A DNA stretch of 64,000 bases, from NCBI GenBank assembly GCA_963693365.1, contig CAVNZM010000002.1, forward strand, positions 15,533,615 through 15,597,614, given 5' to 3'. A program made the translations under genes and the position numbers. Source of the DNA: Amoebidium appalachense. Lineage: Eukaryota; Protista; Ichthyosporea. Positions 28,532 through 40,667 of this stretch are shown here, piece after piece. Each line of letters opens with the position of its first letter. Positions within the stretch are counted from its first letter, which is position 1. Under the pieces are notes generated by a model. That model was not told the origin of the DNA. It did no database searches and worked only from the letters and a program-made list of their open reading frames with translations.

Positions 28532-29206
28532 CGCTCTCTCTCTCTCTCTTATGCCACACACACCACGTACGCGCTTCTCGACTGTCACCGCCTCCACGAT
28601 AATTATTCAAATGTGCCCATGTTCATTTTGTGGATCCCATCCATGTTCATGGTGCCGTGGTTGTGTTGAACGTGATACTTGTGCTACATTTTTGTTTATT
28701 TTTCAGGCCACCTAAATACATCTCCTCATGATAATGATTATTACACATGTGTTGCACACACACACACACTTCTCACCTCACCATACCCTACAGAGCATTT
28801 CACCACCATCCACATTATACTCATCATGGGCGAATCTATCACCTCTGCCCTTTGTCTTTGCTTTTGTGAACACTTGTGTCCCAGATCCATCCGCGAGGTG
28901 GCCCCCCCTCCCCACCTCCCCTTCTCCCCCCCCCCCCCCCCCCCCCTCTGCCCTCCGGACCCGGCACGGGGTTAACTAAAATGGGGCAGGGGGGGGGAGG
29001 GGAGGGGGGGGGGGGGGAGAGAGAGAGAGATACTAGCTAAAAATCGAAGAAGCAAGAAAGTCAAAGGGGAAACTGCGCAGAAACGACGTGTTCAGGGAGG
29101 GAACAGAAGGGGTAGCTCCTGAGTGAGAGCAGAAGGGGAGGGGGGTGGGGGTGGGATTGGCCATCGGGAGGGAGGGGGAGGGGGGGGGGGGGGGGGGGGG
29201 GGGGGG

Positions 29207-29900
29207 ATGTTTACGTTAGAGGGTTGGAAATATGGAGGAGACAACAAAGAGCAACAGCAAAACGTCACAAAAGTGGGAAACCCCAAATCAAACAATTTAA
29301 GCATGCAGGCAGAAGACACTTGAACAGAGCCCATCATCAGGGGGGTTCGGGGGGTGGGATTGGGGGGGGGGGGTAATGGAAGAAAGGAGCCAAGAAGCAA
29401 CAAGCGCCATTGCTGAGATGCAATGAAGCACTGCCATATAAATGCGTTGAAACATGTGGAGTTTAAAACTTCTAGGCCGCAGAGGAAGAGAACGGGCCAA
29501 TGCAGGGCGGAGCAGCTTTTGGGGGTAGGGGGGTGGAAGGGGGGGGGGGGTTTGAATGCGTCAAAAAGTACGAAGTACACAAGAACAAACGGATAACACG
29601 ATGCAGAATGCAAGCCATACATAAAGAGTATGCATAATAAGCAGAGCCCATCCTCAGGGGGGGCCCACGTCATCCACAGTACCCGAGTTTCGACCTATTC
29701 CCCTCGTTAACGAAACCCAACTCAGATACTGTTTCACTTGAACATGAGTAGGTCACCCGTCTTGATCAGAGACGAGCAGGGTTGCTTATGCAGGCAAGGG
29801 CAGTGGGAAAGGCCGGGGGTTAAAGTTGCAGCAGTAAGCAGAAGCAAGAAAAATATAGATAGGAACTCAGGAGACGGGGCTTCTAGGAAGCTCCCCCGTC
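29207..29900 (-). repeat. Longest local copy of the dispersed repeat; candidate 3' end or pseudo-LTR of the Penelope-like element
   Basis: Matches copies at 453-667, 1255-1637, 38302-38430 and 48017-48080. Same orientation as the RT and 1.7-2.4 kb downstream of it. Linkage to the RT is inferred. Confidence 0.7.
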
Positions 29901-30004
29901 GATACCTAAGTCGATACTTCCCTGGCTAACATACTACACCAGCTGAAAAGAATGAAGTCCCGAAGGCCACAGAATTCGTAATCAGAGGGGAAAATATGAG
30001 ATTT

Positions 30005-30182
30005 GACCCACGCCGCAGGGTAGTAACACGCTTACTAGGGCGGAACTTTATCGTCTTCGAACGGAAAGCTATGCCCCCGGATGTCAGCCGGAAATATGGT
30101 ATCACCCATTGCTTTGGGCTTGAAAAAAGCCAAACCGATAGTCCGAGTTATGTTACGCCGGCGGGTAACATGCCGCATGGGT
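30005..30182 (-). ncRNA. Putative multi-helix structured RNA module (about 180 nt), family unknown
   Basis: Closing helix ACCCAUGC-G-GCA / UGC-G-GCGUGGGU encloses about six hairpins. G-U pairs favour the minus strand. Manual fold only. Confidence 0.5.
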
Positions 30183-30351
30183 TCCAAGGGAGCTGTCGCC
30201 AACAGAGCGGTGTGTGCATGCGTGCGCGTAACGCAATGTGTGAAGTGTGTCTATAGCTATGAAAGGGGGTATGCAGAAGTGGACAGATGAAGTGTGTGGA
30301 GAGAAAAACAGTAAGAAGAAAAGTAGACACCGGTATGTGCAACCCCGCACA

Positions 30352-30386
<35 letters not shown>

Positions 30387-30447
30387 AATAAGCGAAGATT
30401 ACAGGTAATCAACCAGAACAACAAATGACAAGCAAAACAACAGGCGC

Positions 30448-30484
<37 letters not shown>

Positions 30485-30489
30485 AGGAA

Positions 30490-30584
<95 letters not shown>

Positions 30585-30671
30585 GAGAGAGAGAGGGGAG
30601 AGAGGGAGAGAGAGAGAGAGAGAAGGTGGGGGGGGGGGGGGGGGGGAGGGGGGGAGGGGGAGGGGGAGGGG

Positions 30672-30784
30672 GGTCTTAGGGATGCTGCAGAATCGTCAGA
30701 TATTAGACAAATCGTACCAATACGATCATTCTCTCATATATGTGAGAAGATTGTGACTAACGATGTGCAGATCTGGTTAAGACC
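30672..30784 (-). ncRNA. Structured RNA module A (paralogous to module B)
   Basis: Nested helices GGUCUUA/UAAGACC, CUGCA/UGCAG and AUCGUUAG/CUGACGAU with two inner hairpins. Confidence 0.5.
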
Positions 30785-30884
30785 TGTTGGGTGTGCAGAG
30801 AAAATGGGAGGGGAAGGAGGAGGGAAAGGGGGGAGGGGGGGGGGGGGGGAAGTAAGAGAGGGGAGGGAATGTTAGAGTGTCAGT

Positions 30885-30994
30885 AGTCTCAGGGGACCCT
30901 GCAGAGTCGTTAGATGTCAGACAAAAACGCACCAACGACCAAGTTCTCCGAGGGGAGAAATGCGTAAAACGTTCTGCAGAGTGGGTTAGAGACC
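30885..30994 (-). ncRNA. Structured RNA module B (paralogous to module A)
   Basis: Nested helices GGUCUC/GAGACU, ACUCUGCAGA/UCUGCAGGGU, CGUU/AACG, ACGCAUU/GGUGCGU and UUCUCC/GGAGAA. Confidence 0.5.
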
Positions 30995-31136
30995 TGCTGA
31001 TGAGAAGAGTGTATACAGGGTTTGGCCAGGGGGGGGGGGGGGGGGAAGGGGGGGGGGGGAAAAAGAAGGTAGGAGGGGAAGGGGGGGGGGGGGGAGGAGA
31101 AGGGAAAAAAAAAAAAAAAAAAAAAAAAAAAGAAAA

Positions 31137-31175
<39 letters not shown>

Positions 31176-31200
31176 GGGAAGGGAGGGGAGGGAGGGAGGG

Positions 31201-31237
<37 letters not shown>

Positions 31238-31592
31238 CTGTGGTGGACAGATCAGAGACGAGACCTCCATTTCAAAACTTACCAGGCAACCCAAAAAACC
31301 TAGCCGGCTGAGAAAGAAGAACGGCGGGGGAATTGTTTGGGAAAAGGAGCGGGGGGAGAGAGAGAGGGAGGGGGGGGGGGGGGGGGGGAGGGGAAGGGGG
31401 GGGAGAGGGGGAGAGAGGGGGAGAGGGAGAGAGAGAGAGAGGGAGGGAGAGAACGAGAGAGAACGAAAGAGAGCGAGAGAGGGAGACAGAGAGAGAGAGA
31501 GGGAGGGAGAGAGAGGGAGAGGGAGAGAGAGAGGGAGAGAGAGAGGGAGGGGGGGGGGAGGGGGGGGGGGGGGGAGGGTGTAGGGGCTGGTA

Positions 31593-31624
<32 letters not shown>

Positions 31625-31643
31625 ACCGGGATAGAGTGGGGGA

Positions 31644-34019
31644 CTAGGGAGTGTTGATCTTTTTAGTGATGATGGAGAGTATGTGAGAGGAGTGAACGCC
31701 ACGGTATATGTGCGGGTGTGTGGCGAGAAAGCTGTGCATTTTGTGGTGCAAGAGTCTAAACGAGTAGCCTTTGTTAAGCAATGTTTTAGCAAGTCGTGCA
31801 GTGCATGTGGTGAATGCAGCAAGTGTGGAGCATTTGCGCTGGTAGCTATGCATTTGACTTGTCATGATGCCGTATTTTGCAGTGCGGGAGATGAATGAGT
31901 CGTGATGTGGGAAACGAACGATGTCTAGTGTATTGAACGTGGGTGTGTCGAGCTTGTTGTAGATGGTTGTGTGAATGCCGTGATTAGTGCAGGTGATATG
32001 CAAGTCGAGGTAGGGGACAGAGGGGGAGGAACCGGCAGGGTTGAGTTGAAGGCTGGTCTTGGGATATAGACCGAAATCACAATCTTCTAAATAGAGGTGG
32101 GAGAGAATGCGAGGATTATGAAGGGAGATCAAATCATCTATGTAGCGGCGAGTAAACTGAAAATCTACCAAGACATCAATGCGTTCGTGTGCAATAAGCT
32201 TGCGAACAAAATCCAACTCATAAGTAAAGAGATAGAAATTAGCCAAGAAAACAGCACAGTTTGTACCCATGGGGATACCAATGTCCTGTTTGTAGAGGGT
32301 ATCGCCAAACACAACATATATGTTATCTACGAGGAAACATAGAAAATCCACAAGCTGTGCCTTAGAGAGATGTAGAGAGTGTTCTTTAGGCTCAAAGGAA
32401 TCATCCTGGGAATCATCATCTACACGATCCACCCAGGACAACGTGGAGCCGGTTTTCTTAATAAACATGTGTGGTTTGCGAGCGTCCGTGCATTTTTTGA
32501 CAAATATTGCGTCAATCAGTGTAGTGAGGCGAGCTTTCAAATCATGCAAGTCAATCTTGGTGTAGAGTGTGGAAAAATCAAACACAGACACGGGCGTATT
32601 TTCATGTTGGCGTGTGGTACGGTTAAGGGCGTTGATTGTGTGTGTGAGTGCGGTGCTATCCGTGAGAATCCAAGAGCTAGTGTTGTGTGGCAGGTGGGGT
32701 TTGACAACATCACACCACATACGTTCGACATCAGGGGAGACGAACTTAAACACACTAGTGAGAAGGCGGGAGAGAGGTTCAAGTGATGTGGCAGAGGAGT
32801 TGGCAATGAAACGGAAGGTGGGTGGTGTTTTGTGCATTTTAACTATGGCCTGAAATGTGGGCAAGCGTGCAGTGCGACGTCCTGGTGTGCCTTTTATGTC
32901 ATGTGTTTTGAGAAATGCAAGGTGTTGTGCAACAATGTCTTTTGGTGCAGTGTTGCAGACGGTGTATGTTGCGGCAGGTGCATGCAGTTCGGCTGTAATG
33001 CTGCTAACGTAGTGTTTTTTGCAGACGATCACGAACGTGTTGCTAGCTTTATCCATTGTGGTGACTACGAAACGTTTTTGGAAGCGACGCAGTAGAAGCA
33101 CAGAAGCTTGTGGTACGGTGTGTGTGTTGGGTGCGTGTTGTGCATATGGCAGGAAGGGGCGACACTTAGTAAAGACGGCGGCTGCCCACGGATTCAAAGA
33201 GGGATAAGCTGCCATACCAAGATCGTACATCTTGTTACAGAAACTTTGCAACGCCTGTGTCAATAAATTGCTACAGGTGGTGTCCTCCGTCTGCTCGACC
33301 TGCATTCGGAACTTGGTTCCAAAATGCATGAGCGATGCAAAGTCTGCGGGCAGGCCGGGAATGTCTAAGCGCGATGTAAGCACGTGTCCGTGTTGTGGGT
33401 GTACGTATGGCGCATAGTGCGGGTCGTTGCAAGGGCAGGGTTGTGCATGGATGTTTGCTATGGTGTCCTGCGGGAGTCGTGCGGTGTGTTTGCAGTTGAT
33501 AGTGGTGTAGCCCAGGGTAGACACATATTTCCACACAGCAGAGATACGGAATTTACGCATTTCAAGCGGCAGGAGAGCATGTATTTCTTTGTCTTTGATG
33601 ATGCGTTGCAAAGGGATTCTATCGAGCCCGGAGTTATGAAACACAGACACCAACATCACATGGGGTTGCGACATGTCAACACGTTCAAGTTCAAAACGAC
33701 TACGTAATTCACGTTTGAGGCACGCAGCAATCTGTGAAAGGCGAGGTTGAGCAATGCCGGTGGGGAAAGCAAGGAGGTGCTCCTTCATCCTAACGATGTT
33801 GGAGGTGTTAAAGCGGTGTAGATATGCAGAGGAAAAGATACCACGAGACATAAGACTATCGATGTGCAGTAGGCGGCGTGTGAAGCAGCGCGAAAGAAAC
33901 ATGCGTGAGGGGTGTATAGGAGGCAGGTTGAGTGCAGGTGCAGGTGCAGGTGCAGGAGAGGGTGGAGGGGGTGTAGGAGGGGGGGGGGGGGGGAGGGGGG
34001 GGGGGGGGATCAGTGACAA
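31644..34019 (-). mobile_element. Penelope-like retroelement reverse transcriptase ORF, Naiad/Chlamys-type
   Basis: Uninterrupted 791-codon ORF with CPC...HGHVLT pre-RT motif, KMHKTPPTFRFIA, FDFSTLYTKI, YKQDIGIPMGTNCAVFLANFYL, RYIDD, YLDL and the thumb region RFPHHDS...YGIMTSQ. No C-terminal GIY-YIG domain; no N-terminal GIY-YIG recognisable. Confidence 0.9.
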
Positions 34020-34705
34020 TCAGCAGTGGACGCGGTGCTTTTAAACAGAAGGTATGTGGTTATAAGTTAATCTTGTGGGCATGGGTATGCCGTAGTGGTG
34101 CTGGTACAGTATGTGTGTGTTTGTCACTGTCACAGTTTGTGTGTGTTTAGGTGCCGAGTGGGGGTGGGGGTGGGGGGAGGGGGGGAGAGGGGGGGGGGGG
34201 GGGGGGGGAGCCGGGGGAGGGTTCTGACGGTTGCGTGCGATAGACATGATGGGTTTCAATGCGTAGTAGTGTGTGTGAATGACCACTGGCATGCTGTAGG
34301 GGTGAGGGGATCGGTGGCGGTGTGTGGTGGTGGTGATGGTGGTGGTGGGTGAGGGTGGGATTGGAGGCCGTTTTTTTTTTCCTTAAAATTTTTTTTTTCT
34401 TTTTCTTTCTTTTTTTCTCTTTTTTTTTCCTTTCTTTTTCTTTCTTTTTTTTTCTTTTTTTTGGAAGGGGGAGGGGGGGGGGAGGGGGGGGGATTAGAGG
34501 AGGAGACCTCGGTGGCGAGGTGGTGGTGATGGTAAGGAATGGTAGCTAGGGGATGGAAGAGATATTGATGTCACAGTAGGATGGGAAGAAAGAGGTGCGC
34601 CCTGGTCAGCTCAGCTATGCATCCCTGCCTTCCGCAGCTGCAGGGTGGCGGCTGCACGTGTGTGTGCGCACAGTTGTGTGTATGCGCTCTCATGGGTGTG
34701 CTTCA

Positions 34706-34749
<44 letters not shown>

Positions 34750-35066
34750 TACGCACGCGCCGTACATGTGCCCGGGTGAGTGAGCGTATGGTGCGCGCAT
34801 TCCATGCAGCTGCAAGGGTAGTGGTAATTTATCAATTTTTCTTCTTATTTTTCATTGAGTCTGTACAGCCTAACTTTTCACAGGCTCGCGATCGAATTCA
34901 GGGCGCAACACCTCTAGTCTATGTTTGCCAAGATACAAAAGGGTGTTCGTTGCCCTCTCTGGTGTCAACAACGGGTAGCCTTCTGAATGATACTCGTCTG
35001 TACTGTATCACTGGTTCTATAGTCCCAGTTGTGTTTGTGTGTGTGTTTGTGTGTGTGTGTTTGTGT

Positions 35067-35121
<55 letters not shown>

Positions 35122-35123
35122 GG

Positions 35124-35156
<33 letters not shown>

Positions 35157-35157
35157 T

Positions 35158-35240
<83 letters not shown>

Positions 35241-35335
35241 GTGTCTGTGTGTGTGTGTGTTGTGCGCACGCGCGTGAGTGTGTGTGTGTCGTGTCTGTGT
35301 GTGTGCGTGTGTGCACCTTCGTGCGTGCGTGCGTG

Positions 35336-35391
<56 letters not shown>

Positions 35392-35537
35392 GCGTGTGTG
35401 TGCGTGTGTGCGTGTGTGCCGGGCCGGAACGGTCTGTGTGTACATGACATTGTGCATGTGTGCACGTGTATGTACGTGTGTACCAGTGTGTGTGTCTGCA
35501 GCTGTGTCGTGTGTGTGTGTGCGTTGTGTGTGCATGC

Positions 35538-35646
<109 letters not shown>

Positions 35647-36250
35647 GGTGTGGGTGTGCACATGTGGGTACGTGTGTGGGTGTGCACATATGCATATGGG
35701 TGTGTGTGTTTGTGAGTGCCACTGTGCACCCTGTACTGTGCTCCCCAAACCCCATCTCTAATAGCCAATCACTTTGCGACAATGCTGTTGCCATGGGCTC
35801 TAACCAATCAAAATCTGCCAATCAATGTTCTCTTTCCAGGGCAAGAAGTTACTGCGTTTGTATGACGTTAGATGCATGTTGTTTACAAAATAAGAAAAAA
35901 GTCTTTGCGATCTTTATTCTACTAGCTCTGGATAATTACTACCTTATATATGATATTGTATAAGTGCCTAGCCAATGCGACTATATAAAAACAAAACATG
36001 GGGTATGGTGTTCGCGTTTTTGGAGGCCAGCGTCCCTCTGTTTCATACCCTAGAGTATTCAAGATTATGATTGGTTGAAGACAATAGAAAATTTATCTCC
36101 CTTGATAATATTTACTCGCCATGAGCCCCAAGTGAGAAGCGACAGTAACGGACAGACGGGACAGCCTGCCCAAAAAATTATTAAGTATCGAAATCGACGT
36201 CCAAAAAATATCTAATTAATCTTAGATATTTGAAGCAAAACAAAGCGCTG

Positions 36251-36362
36251 TAGGGGCAACCCCCCAAATCTAGACGCCACCTCCAATTCGTGAGGCCAGT
36301 GTATTGTATTACAGTGGCTTCACGAATTGGAGGTGGCGTCTAGATTTGGAGGGTTGTCCCTA
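36251..36362. repeat. Near-perfect 112-bp inverted repeat (MITE-like or pre-miRNA-like hairpin) upstream of GMPPA
   Basis: Arm taggggcaaccccccaaatctagacgccacctccaattcgtgaggcca pairs with tggcttcacgaattggaggtggcgtctagatttggagggttgtcccta. TA at both ends. Confidence 0.9.
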
Positions 36363-36549
36363 TAATCTTTTAAAATGTGGCACTGCATTTCTAATTTTCA
36401 TTCCATCGATGCCGGAATTTTGATGTCGACCCCCTCAGTACTCGGCCGACAACCGTCAGGCCAGGCCCGGGGAGCCAGTACGCGGTGACAAAGGCATTTG
36501 AAAAGAAGCGAGAAAAGCTTCAACTTGAGCTTTGTGTCTGAGGGTGAAA

Positions 36550-37335
36550 ATGACCATGAAGGCTGTCATCTTGTTGGGCGGGCCCTCCGTTGGTACGTGG
36601 CTTCGTGCACGTGCGTGCGTGCTTGTGGTGTTTGCATGCCTTGCATTCCTTTGCTTGGGGTTTTGTTTTTAGGTTACTGTGTTGACCCACACATTGGACT
36701 TGTGTGTGCCTGATGCATGTGTGAGTGCGTGCCTCCATGCGCACACGTGCGCTCATGTGCTTGCACAAGCGTGCGCCTCTATTGATACTTGTGCAAATGC
36801 TCACCTGTAGTTGTGCATGTGTTGATGCCCATGGTCCCCGTATCCACTGTCATGTGCATCTGCCTGGCCCCAACATCTTTGGGAACTCCAACATAGGTCT
36901 TCTTGCTATCAATGTATAGCAGAAATTATGTGTTTTATATTGTACAAACACACGCGCGTGCAACGCTTCAGGGTTTTTATGTATTTAAGTGTCGGTGCTT
37001 TCAGATCCCGGCCAATCCCTCCAAAGATTAGGTCTGTGTGCCTGCTGCCTAAAAGGCGCACCCCATAGGTTGGTTGACAAAAGCAAACATCAGGACAATA
37101 CTTGCCCTAGCATGATGACCTGCACCGACCGGAATTACTTTCCCACATGAACTTCTCTCCTCCTTGTTTCACTTCCGTCCCCCTTTAATGGCTTATGTTC
37201 TCACACCTGTCAGCCCAGTATTTTTTTGGGCAGCCCGCATAGTGGACCGAAGCGGTTTGTCCCGTCTCCTTCGCTCTGATTCTTGTTAGCAGCTTTGCCC
37301 GTTACTGCCTTACTGATTGAATTCATGCCATCTCA

Positions 37336-37367
<32 letters not shown>

Positions 37368-37612
37368 TTTCCCCGCTCTCTCCGGCCCCGCTTTAATATC
37401 AGAACGAAAGCTCAATTTCCCACGATTGCTAACGTTTCCCTGCCCACTTTTTTTTAGATACAGCCTATTTAACCTGTCTGTTAACTTCACTCATTTCAGT
37501 AATTACATGGTTTTTGTCCTGTCACTGTTTTCCACATTCTTCTCTTTCTCTTCTTCCTCCCCCCCCCCCCCCCTCCCCCCTGTCCCCTCCCTCTCCTCTC
37601 TTTCGCTCTCTC

Positions 37613-37658
<46 letters not shown>

Positions 37659-38016
37659 TCTCTGCCCTGGCCCCCCAACTCCCCACTACGCCTCTCCCCT
37701 TCTTCCCCTCTTCGTTTGCCCCCCCCCCCCCTCCCCCCTTCTCTTTTCCCTTTCTCTCAACAACACGCACACACACTCCCCCCTCCCCCCCCTCCCCCCC
37801 CAAATGCCCCCGTGCCCACCCACCCACCCTTCCAGCCTTCCCTTCCACCCCCTTCCGTCCCCCCCCCCAATCTCCCATCAACATCTAACACTCTGCCTGT
37901 CATTTTTCCTGTGCCTACAGGGACACGGTTTCGCCCTCTGTCTTTCCAGGTAGTAAAGCCACTGTTCCCCATAGCCGGTGTGCCTATGATCCAGCACCAT
38001 ATCAATGCCCTGGCTC

Positions 38017-38077
<61 letters not shown>

Positions 38078-38977
38078 GGGGGTTGAGGGGGGGGGGGGGG
38101 GGGGGGATAGGTTGGTGGATGGAGAAGGGAGGGGGGGGGGGGGGGGGGGGAGAGGGGGAAGGGCGGGGGGGATACGTGTGAGTAAGTGTTTGGGTGTGTG
38201 TGGGGGGGTGGGGATACGTGTGTGGTGGTGGGTGTACTGAGTGTGACTGCCTGTGTTTGGGTGTTTGTGTACTTGCACCTGTGCGAGCAACACAATCTGT
38301 TCTCTGTTCAAGTGTCTTCTGCCTGCACGCTTAAATTGTTTGATTTTGGATTTCCCACTTTTGTAACGTATTGTTGATGCTCGTTGTTGTCTCCCTCCAT
38401 ATTTCCAACCCTCTAACACATACATCACCACCCCCCCCCCCCCCCCCCCCCCCCTCCCCCCCTGGCACCTGTGTGAGCAAACACATACATTCCCCCCGCC
38501 CCTCCCCCCCCCCCCCCTGCCCCCCTCCCCCGGGGCCTCTGAACCTCGGCTGTGCTTGTGTTTTATGGCTGCTGTGTTTGATGTCAATGAATAAACTGAA
38601 TAGACCTTCCTGGCAAGATCGATCAATCACACATTTTTCTCACATTCTGCTAGATTGTGCTGTGTGAGACATCTGAAAACCCCCCTTCCCCTCTCTCCCC
38701 CTAACCCGAGATAAATCACACATAACTTAACATTTTCCCCATGCTTTGCTTGGATTTGTGTTGTGTGACACGTTTGAACCCCCCCCCCCCAACCTCCCTC
38801 CCTCCCTCCCCCCTTCACCAACACCAATATCCCCCCACCCACCCACCGAGCTGCTCAGCCATCACCATACCTACACATAATTTCTCACCCTGTGATCCCC
38901 CCCCCCCCCCCCCCCCCCCCGCCACCACCACCACTCTCCCTTTCTCTTCCGTTTCCTCTCCCCCCACACACCCTCCC

Positions 38978-39008
<31 letters not shown>

Positions 39009-39583
39009 AAAAAAAAAAAAACACTGCAGATGAAGAATGTGAGTGAGCTAGAGGAAGTTCTTCTGATTGGCTTCTACGAGGAGAATGAGATCCACCCCTT
39101 TGTCTCCCAGATGCAGGAAGCAGTGCCGTTCAGAATCAGGTCCCCACCCCATCCCCCTCCCCCCCCCCCCCCCCCCCCTCCCCCCCCCCTTCCCCCCGTC
39201 CCCTTTCTACATTGTTGATACCACTCCACCACCCCTCTCAACACCATGCATATACAGCCCCCCCCCCCCCCCCCCCTTCTCCCGCCCCTTCTCCCCATGC
39301 TCCCTTGTCCTCCCCCCCCTCCGCCCCCTCCACCACTGGAAGTATGACACACATACGGAAGTGTTCTTGTTAATCTATGTGCTATATACTACCATGACCT
39401 CACTCAAACATATTCCCCTAAACTCGAACAGTGGGAATAGAGGTGCAGTTGGCTTGTCTGGGGCTGTGCTATTCTAGATTTGAGCATGTTTTGCAACTCC
39501 CTCCCCCTCTCCCCCCACCTCGGGCATGTCTTATTGTGAGTGACACGAAGGCTGCACCTTCAGCCCCCCCCCTCTTCCCCCCC

Positions 39584-39623
<40 letters not shown>

Positions 39624-39711
39624 CGCCTGCCCGCCTGTTGCAGCCTTGTTGCATCCCTGTAATACTATCGTGTACAAAGCACTAAGCAATTTTTATTATA
39701 ACATGCACAGT

Positions 39712-39770
<59 letters not shown>

Positions 39771-39961
39771 ACCTGCGTGAGTACCAGTCGCTAGGCACTG
39801 CCGGTGGGCTCTATCACTTCCGCGACCAAATAGTCATGGGCAACCCTGAGCTGCTGATTGGTGTGTTTCTTCTTTTCTTCCTTTTTTAATTTCTTCCTTT
39901 TCTTCCTATTGTCTTGTGTGTGTGTGTGTGTGTGTGGGGAGTGAGGGGGGGGGGGGGGGGG

Positions 39962-40020
<59 letters not shown>

Positions 40021-40214
40021 AGGGGGGATGGACGACGGGGGAGGGGGGGGGGGGAGGGAGGTTCTATGGGTGGATGGGGAGGGGGGAAGGGGTGGGGTGG
40101 GGGTGGGGGGGGGGGGGGGGGGGGAAGGGGGATACGGGTGGAGGCTTCGGGGGAGGGGGGAAGTAAGGCGAGTAACGTATGTGCCTGTGTGTGTGTGTGT
40201 GTGTGTGTGTGTCT

Positions 40215-40264
<50 letters not shown>

Positions 40265-40632
40265 ATGAGCTTTCTCTTGTGTGTGTGTGTGTGTGTGCAT
40301 GAGCTTGCTCTTGCGTGTGTGTGCATGAGCTTGCTCTTGTGTGTGTGTGTGTGCATGAGCTTGCATTTGTGTGTGTTGTTTGGTAATGTGTGGGGGTGGG
40401 GGGGGAGAGGGGGGAAGGCCAGGGAAGAGGGAAACAACGATAAATGTTACGGATCATGTCGCAGGCGCTCAATTGCATTCGTCTAAACACTTCCTCTATG
40501 AGATACACCCCCTCTCCGCCCTTGTCCACACACACACACACTGCACAGTCACCGCAGCCCATACATGCTCAAAAACACACCAGTGCATACACATTGAGAA
40601 CTGGACGAAGATTGACTTCCACGTACATCCAG

Positions 40633-40667
<35 letters not shown>

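Noticed and set aside
29660-29785. 5S rRNA-derived SINE (words ctcgtc.tgatc, gggtgacc, gggtactgtgg)
   Set aside because: Only short word matches; spacing and intervening sequence do not fit 5S rRNA.
34020-35020. N-terminal GIY-YIG endonuclease or selenocysteine readthrough for the Penelope-like ORF
   Set aside because: No GIY/YIG motif seen in the frames read. The upstream in-frame stops include TAA as well as TGA, and no SECIS was found. Truncation versus a truly endonuclease-less element cannot be decided here.
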